Source: an uncultured Gammaproteobacteria bacterium (GTDB taxonomy: Bacteria > Pseudomonadota > Gammaproteobacteria > SZUA-229). Taken from it: a stretch of 64,000 nucleotides of DNA. The stretch lies in contig CAVWXQ010000017.1 in the NCBI GenBank assembly GCA_963759005.1, positions 24,833-88,832 on the forward strand. The letters are read 5' to 3'. The notes under the pieces were generated by a model. That model had not been told where the DNA came from. It did not search any database and saw only the letters and a program-made list of their open reading frames with translations. This document shows positions 58,281 to 64,000 of this stretch, in pieces. Each line of letters starts with the position of its first letter. The stretch's first letter is position 1. A program made the position numbers and the translations under genes.

Positions 58281-58305
58281 CAAAGGTGAGCAGGTAATAA
58301 TAAAG

Positions 58306-59910
58306 GTGGATAATAAACAGGCATTGCTAAGTGTGAAAGACCTGAGCGTTTCGTTTAATACGCAAAACGGCCTGGTAAACATTATCGATAATATCAGTTT
58401 TGATATTTATTCCGGTGAAACACTGGCAATTGTTGGTGAGTCTGGTTCAGGTAAATCAGTCACTGCTTTATCAATATTGCGTTTACATGATGAAGCGAAT
58501 ACGGATTATTCAAATGGCGTTATTGATTTTCACGGCGTTGACTTCCTGAAGTTAAACAAAGAAGAAATACTGAAAGTGCGCGGCAAGAAAATTTCAATGA
58601 TATTCCAGGAGCCGATGACTTCACTGAATCCTGTCTTTTCTGTCGGCCAGCAAATTGAAGAAGTGCTGACTTTACATTTAAATTTAACCAAACCTGAAAA
58701 ACAGGCGCGTACTCTGGAGTTGCTGGACCAGGTTGGTATCAGACAACCCGAGAAAAAGATAAACGTTTTTCCACATGCACTTTCGGGCGGCCAACGTCAG
58801 CGTGTAATGATTGCAATGGCGCTGGCATGTAATCCATCATTGCTAATCGCAGATGAGCCTACAACTGCACTTGATGTCACCATTCAGCAGCAAATTCTCG
58901 ATTTGCTTGCGGACATTCAAAAAGATACCGGGATGTCAGTATTATTGATCACACATGATCTAAACCTGGTACGTCGTTTTTCAAATCGTGTTTGTGTTAT
59001 GCAGGACGGCGAAATTGTAGAGAGTAATGATACCGACCGGCTGTTCGAGCAGCCGCAGCATGACTATACAAAGTTTTTGCTGGACAGTGAGCCGGATAAA
59101 AAGATAGCGACAGTAAAATCCGGTGAAAAGGTAGTAATAGAAACAGAAAACCTGCGTTGTTATTTCCCAGTTCATAAAGGATTTTTCAAACGTAAGGTTG
59201 ATGAGATAAAGGCGGTTGATGACATAACATTGTCTTTATGCTCTGGTGAGACACTGGGCATTGTAGGTGAATCAGGATCGGGTAAAACGACTTTGGGTCT
59301 GGCAATGTTTCGTTTGCTGGCATCACAGGGCAAAGTATATTTTAAAAATGAAAATGTAAGCTCTTTCAATGAAAAACAAATGCGACCGCTGCGCCGCCAT
59401 TTTCAGATTGTCTTTCAGGACCCTTTTTCCTCTCTATCACCCAGGATGACCGTCAGGCAAATTATTGAAGAAGGCCTGAAGATGCATTTTTCAGAATTGA
59501 GTGCCGAGCAGCGGCTGCAAAAAATAATTGATGTCTTGCAGGAAGTGGGTCTTGAAGAAGATGTTTTATGGCGTTACCCGCATGAGTTTTCCGGCGGGCA
59601 GCGACAGCGTATTGCTATTGCCCGTACCGTGGTGCTGGAGCCGGATGTAATACTGCTGGATGAACCCACTAGCGCGCTGGATGTTTCTGTGCAAAAACAG
59701 GTGCTAGGTCTGCTGGCGAATTTACAGGAAAAACATAAACTGAGTTATTTGTTTATCAGTCATGATCTGCAAGTGGTACGTGCTATGGCACATCGCGTTA
59801 TTGTTATGCGCCAGGGAAAAGTAGTCGAGCAGGGTGATGTTGAAGACGTATTTAATAACCCTCAGCATGATTATACCCGTGAACTGGCAGCCGCTTCTTT
59901 GTACCGTTAA
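58306..59910 (+). CDS. yejF: ABC transporter ATP-binding protein with two ABC domains (YejF-like)
   Basis: Two Walker A (GESGSGKS, GESGSGKT) and two LSGGQRQR signatures. Start uncertain (GVG at 58306 chosen as GTG start; the ORF opens at 58237 inside yejE). Confidence 0.8.
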   Translation: MDNKQALLSVKDLSVSFNTQNGLVNIIDNISFDIYSGETLAIVGESGSGKSVTALSILRLHDEANTDYSNGVIDFHGVDFLKLNKEEILKVRGKKISMIFQEPMTSLNPVFSVGQQIEEVLTLHLNLTKPEKQARTLELLDQVGIRQPEKKINVFPHALSGGQRQRVMIAMALACNPSLLIADEPTTALDVTIQQQILDLLADIQKDTGMSVLLITHDLNLVRRFSNRVCVMQDGEIVESNDTDRLFEQPQHDYTKFLLDSEPDKKIATVKSGEKVVIETENLRCYFPVHKGFFKRKVDEIKAVDDITLSLCSGETLGIVGESGSGKTTLGLAMFRLLASQGKVYFKNENVSSFNEKQMRPLRRHFQIVFQDPFSSLSPRMTVRQIIEEGLKMHFSELSAEQRLQKIIDVLQEVGLEEDVLWRYPHEFSGGQRQRIAIARTVVLEPDVILLDEPTSALDVSVQKQVLGLLANLQEKHKLSYLFISHDLQVVRAMAHRVIVMRQGKVVEQGDVEDVFNNPQHDYTRELAAASLYR

Positions 59911-59921
59911 GAAGAAGGTCT

Positions 59922-60170
59922 TTAACCAGGATATTTCATAGGAATGCTGCTAATCTTGCTTAACACTATGATTATTATAAGAAATAGCAGTATATTAGAG
60001 AAGTACACTATGTACCTGACAACGCTATGCAGTTTTTGGAAAAATATCAGCGGCCATTTTGTACGAATCCCCTATAACCATAGCTACGGCTATGCTTTTC
60101 GGCGAATCGTACAAACTGACTCACTGATATTTCCCCAAAATTCTGCATTCCTATGAAATGTCCGGGTTAA
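59922..60170. mobile_element. MITE-like element with 26-bp TIRs TTAACCAGGATATTTCATAGGAATGC / GCATTCCTATGAAATGTCCGGGTTAA
   Basis: TIRs seen directly between yejF and iscR. Same family as 8266-8555 and 7048-7100. Confidence 0.8.
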
Positions 60171-60277
60171 CTCTTTGATTTTCATTGTTGTTTCTTTAGT
60201 TTTATAATACTTGACTGTTTTACTTGGTATTAGTAAGATTAACCTACTAAATTAGTCGGGAATTCAGAGGTTTTTCT

Positions 60278-60826
60278 ATGCGTTTATCAACCAAAGGGCG
60301 TTACAGCGTAACTGCCATGTTAGATCTTGCTATACACGATAAGGCAGGGCCGGTGACATTAGCGGATATTTCGCAGTGTCAGGGTATTTCATTATCGTAC
60401 CTGGAGCAGCTTTTTGCTCGCCTGCGAAAAAGTGGTCTGGTCAAAGGTGTGCGTGGTCCCGGGGGTGGATATCGTCTGGCACGACCTGCTTCTGAGATTA
60501 GTATTGCTGAAATAATTTGTTCTGTTGATGAGAACGTTGATGTTACTCGCTGCAAAGGCGAAGGTAATTGTCAGGATGGTGAAAAATGTTTGACACATGA
60601 ATTGTGGGCAAACTTAAGTAGCAGATTACATGAATTTTTATCGGGTATTACATTGGCGCAATTTGTAGAGCGTCCAGGCATCCCAGAATTATCGATGCAA
60701 CGCGATAAAAAAATTGGACGATTTATATTGGCTAAAAAGCAGGCGGCTGCAATTAATCAGGGCGTGTTTGATAACAATAAAAAACTTGCCAGTAATGCAC
60801 TGGTTAACAAAGCGTTTGTGAGGTAA
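60278..60826 (+). CDS. iscR: Fe-S cluster assembly transcriptional regulator IscR (Rrf2 family)
   Basis: Rrf2 wHTH N-terminus ([18 protein letters not shown]) and cluster ligands [20 protein letters not shown]-terminal extension relative to the enterobacterial protein as I recall it. Confidence 0.9.
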   Translation: MRLSTKGRYSVTAMLDLAIHDKAGPVTLADISQCQGISLSYLEQLFARLRKSGLVKGVRGPGGGYRLARPASEISIAEIICSVDENVDVTRCKGEGNCQDGEKCLTHELWANLSSRLHEFLSGITLAQFVERPGIPELSMQRDKKIGRFILAKKQAAAINQGVFDNNKKLASNALVNKAFVR

Positions 60827-60831
60827 AGATT

Positions 60832-61209
60832 ATGGCATACGGTGAAAAAGTTCTGGATCATTACGAGAATCCAAGAAATGTAGGTAGTTTTGAAAATGGC
60901 GATAATATTGGTACCGGCATGGTCGGTGCTCCTGCTTGTGGTGACGTAATGAAACTGCAAATCAAAGTTGATAGTAACGGTGTTATCGAAGACGCGGTAT
61001 TTAAAACTTACGGATGCGGTAGTGCTATTGCTTCTAGTTCGCTTTTAACCGAATGGGTAAAAGGTAAAACCTTAGATCAAGCAAAAGCCATCAAAAATAC
61101 ACAGATTGCTGAAGAGCTTGCATTACCGCCGGTAAAAATACATTGTTCAGTTCTGGCAGAAGATGCGATTAATGCGGCGATAAACGATTACAGAAAGAAA
61201 AATAATTAA
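60832..61209 (+). CDS. iscU: Fe-S cluster assembly scaffold IscU
   Basis: GAPACGDVMKL, YGCGSAIASSS and HCSVLAEDA (three ligand Cys). Confidence 0.9.
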   Translation: MAYGEKVLDHYENPRNVGSFENGDNIGTGMVGAPACGDVMKLQIKVDSNGVIEDAVFKTYGCGSAIASSSLLTEWVKGKTLDQAKAIKNTQIAEELALPPVKIHCSVLAEDAINAAINDYRKKNN

Positions 61210-61382
61210 AACAATTAGTTGTCAGTAGGTAGTTTGCAGCTTTAAACTGATAACTGCCTACTGACGACAGCCAACTTCCTGCCCTGCCAGCATCATTACC
61301 GGAATCTACTTCACAGAATCAGCATAGAAAAAAAAGCTCTTCAGGTATAATATACGCCTTTATTCTTTATTGAGGAATTGCT

Positions 61383-63953
61383 GTGCTTGAGTCTTATCGT
61401 CAACATGTAGCTGATCGCAAAGCAGAAGGTTTACCACCATTAGCACTTGATGCAAATCAGGTCGCTGAACTGGTTGAATTGATTAAAGCTACACCTGCCA
61501 ATGCCTCACCCGCCGGTGAAGGTGAATTTTTAATGGATTTACTGGTAAATCGTGTGCCACCAGGTGTTGATCAGGCCGCTTATGTTAAAGCAGCATTTTT
61601 ATCCGATGTAGCTAAGGGTAGCGTGAAATGCAGTTTGATTGACGCAGTTCGTGCGACAGAAATTCTCGGCACCATGTTAGGTGGTTACAATATTCAACCG
61701 TTGATAGATCTACTCGATAGCGAAATAACCGCAGACGCTGCTGCTAAAGCTTTATCGCATACCCTGCTAGTGTATGACGCCTTTCATGATGTAGCAGAAA
61801 AATCAAAATCTAATGATGCTGCAGCAAGTGTGGTTCGTTCATGGGCGGATGCTGAATGGTTTACTTCTAAACCAGCACTTGCAGAAGAAATTACGGTAAC
61901 AGTTTTTAAAGTACCTGGTGAAACCAATACCGATGATTTGTCACCAGCGACAGAAGCATGGAGCCGTCCTGATATTCCATTACATTCCAAGTCCATGTTG
62001 ATAAATACCATGGACAATCCTTTGGACACTATCGCCGGTTTAAAAGAAAAAGGTTTTCCTGTTGCGTATGTTGGTGACGTTGTTGGCACAGGCTCCTCAC
62101 GTAAATCGGCGATCAACTCTGTGTTATGGCACATGGGTAAAGAAATTCCTTATGTTCCAAACAAACATGAAGGCGGTGTGGTCTTAGGCAGCAAAATTGC
62201 ACCGATATTTTTTAATACGGCGGAAGATTCAGGCGCATTACCGATTGAGTGTGATGTGTCGTCAATGGAAACTGGGGATGTCATTCGTATTCGTCCGTAT
62301 GATGGTTTAATTACCAATGAAGCCGGTGATGAATTATGTAAATTTGATTTAAACCCTGCAACCATGGCAGATGAAGTCCGCGCTAATGGCCGCATCCCAC
62401 TAATTATCGGTCGTGGTTTAACTGATCGTGCACGTAACTATTTAAATGAAGGTCCTTCTGACGTGTTCCTGAAACCACAGGAAGGCCTCGATAGCAAAAA
62501 AGGTTATACCCTGGCGCAAAAAATTGTGGGTCGTGCCTGTGGTGTAGATGGTATTCGCCCGGGAACTTATTGCGAACCAAAGATGACAACGGTCGGTTCA
62601 CAGGATACCACCGGTGCAATGACACGTGATGAATTAAAAGAGCTGGCATGTTTGGGTTTTTCTGCTGATCTGGTGATGCAGAGTTTCTGTCATACAGCCG
62701 CTTATCCAAAACCGGTTGATATAAAACTGCAGCACGAGTTGCCGGATTTCATGCAGACACGGGCAGGAGTTGCCTTGCGTCCGGGAGACGGCATTATTCA
62801 CTCCTGGTTAAATCGTATGATCTTGCCTGATACTGTAGGTACCGGTGGTGATTCACATACACGCTTCCCGATGGGCATTAGTTTTCCCGCGGGTTCTGGT
62901 CTGGTTGCGTTTGCTGCAGCACTGGGTGTTATGCCACTGGATATGCCTGAATCAGTGCTGGTACGTTTTAAAGGTGAAATGCAACCTGGAATTACATTAC
63001 GCGATCTGGTCAATGCGATTCCTTATGCGGCAATTCAGAAAGGGTTGTTGACCGTAGAGAAGAAAGGTAAGAAAAATGTTTTTAATGGTCGTGTGTTAGA
63101 GATCGAAGGCTTGCCAGACCTTAAAGTTGAGCAGGCATTTGAGTTATCCGATGCGTCAGCAGAACGCTCGGCGAATGGTTGTACAGTATATCTCGGTAAA
63201 GAGCCCATTATTGAATACCTTAATTCAAACATTACATTATTGAAATGGATGATCTCAAATGGTTACGAAGATAAACGCACACTGGAGCGTCGCATCATTG
63301 CTATGCAAGAATGGTTGAAAAATCCTGAGTTAATTTCACCTGATGCAGATGCTGAATATGCAGAAATCATTGAAATCGATTTAAATGAAATCAAAGAACC
63401 AATATTGGCGTGTCCGAATGATCCTGATGATGTAAAAACATTATCTGATGTCTCGGGCGTTGCTATCGATGAAGTCTTTATTGGTTCATGTATGACAAAT
63501 ATTGGTCACTACCGTGCTGCTGGAAAAGTGCTGGAAAAAGTGAGCAGTCTGCCAACACGTATGTGGATTGTGCCGCCAACAAAAATGGATGAACGTGAGT
63601 TAATGGAAGAGGGTTATTACAACATCTTTGGTCGGGCAGGAGCACGCACAGAGATACCCGGTTGTTCGCTGTGCATGGGTAACCAGGCGCGTGTTGCTGA
63701 TAACGCAACCGTTGTTTCTACTTCTACCCGTAATTTCCCGAATCGTTTAGGTAATGGAGCGGATGTCTATTTGGCTTCAGCAGAACTAAGTGCAGTGACT
63801 GCTACGCTGGGCCGAATCCCTACTATGGACGAGTATCTGGAAGGTGTTAAAGATATAGAGCCCATGTCGTCAGATATTTATCGCTACCTTAATTTTCACC
63901 TGTTACCGGAATATCAGGAAGTGGCTGATCAGGTAAAAGTTTCATTAAGCTAA
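61383..63953 (+). CDS. acnB: bifunctional aconitate hydratase 2 / 2-methylisocitrate dehydratase
   Basis: [19 protein letters not shown]... AcnB N-terminal HEAT-like domain and the cluster ligands context IGSCMTN...[11 protein letters not shown] start. Confidence 0.95.
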   Translation: MLESYRQHVADRKAEGLPPLALDANQVAELVELIKATPANASPAGEGEFLMDLLVNRVPPGVDQAAYVKAAFLSDVAKGSVKCSLIDAVRATEILGTMLGGYNIQPLIDLLDSEITADAAAKALSHTLLVYDAFHDVAEKSKSNDAAASVVRSWADAEWFTSKPALAEEITVTVFKVPGETNTDDLSPATEAWSRPDIPLHSKSMLINTMDNPLDTIAGLKEKGFPVAYVGDVVGTGSSRKSAINSVLWHMGKEIPYVPNKHEGGVVLGSKIAPIFFNTAEDSGALPIECDVSSMETGDVIRIRPYDGLITNEAGDELCKFDLNPATMADEVRANGRIPLIIGRGLTDRARNYLNEGPSDVFLKPQEGLDSKKGYTLAQKIVGRACGVDGIRPGTYCEPKMTTVGSQDTTGAMTRDELKELACLGFSADLVMQSFCHTAAYPKPVDIKLQHELPDFMQTRAGVALRPGDGIIHSWLNRMILPDTVGTGGDSHTRFPMGISFPAGSGLVAFAAALGVMPLDMPESVLVRFKGEMQPGITLRDLVNAIPYAAIQKGLLTVEKKGKKNVFNGRVLEIEGLPDLKVEQAFELSDASAERSANGCTVYLGKEPIIEYLNSNITLLKWMISNGYEDKRTLERRIIAMQEWLKNPELISPDADAEYAEIIEIDLNEIKEPILACPNDPDDVKTLSDVSGVAIDEVFIGSCMTNIGHYRAAGKVLEKVSSLPTRMWIVPPTKMDERELMEEGYYNIFGRAGARTEIPGCSLCMGNQARVADNATVVSTSTRNFPNRLGNGADVYLASAELSAVTATLGRIPTMDEYLEGVKDIEPMSSDIYRYLNFHLLPEYQEVADQVKVSLS

Positions 63954-64000
63954 TAGCTGTAGTAAAAATATTTGCATGATAAAAACCCTGATACTTATTG

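Noticed and set aside
59944-60156. 70-aa ORF inside the MITE at 59922-60170
   Set aside because: It lies entirely within the TIR-bounded element, with low-complexity hydrophobic content and no SD. The homologous copy at 8266 has no equivalent ORF.

Overview
AT-rich (roughly 40% GC by eye) chromosomal segment of a gammaproteobacterium. Most of it is housekeeping genes in classic proteobacterial synteny: pepN, ispG, suhB/trmJ, folD, tRNA-Pro/Arg/His/Leu, tig-clpP-clpX-lon-hupB, tRNA-Val/Asp, ppiD, fabI, a yejABEF-like ABC importer, iscR-iscU and acnB. Between yggS and sbcB (17.7-25.8 kb) lies an ~8-kb island of nine co-oriented minus-strand genes that encode only exported low-complexity proteins. 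Three are K/E/Q/R-rich coiled-coil proteins with internal tandem duplications. Six are paralogous small signal-peptide proteins rich in Asn/Gly/Tyr; the last four form a head-to-tail ~0.8-kb amplification and the terminal copy is decayed. The small-protein genes and coiled-coil gene A have near-consensus sigma70 promoters; the small-protein genes also share a 5' UTR box, and most island genes have their own terminator. This island is my best candidate for an undescribed structural system (sulfur-globule-envelope-like or matrix proteins; this is inference, and I recognise no homology). Other notable points: an orphan cbbQ-cbbO (or norQ-norD) pair; a DUF1538-DUF1538-PII-CBS operon with one shredded subunit gene; three genes broken exclusively by +1 frame steps (pepN, yajQ, DUF1538-B); a SPOR protein split by one in-frame TGA; and at least three families of MITE/REP-like intergenic inverted-repeat elements. 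I saw no rRNA, CRISPR array, transposase, integrase or phage genes.
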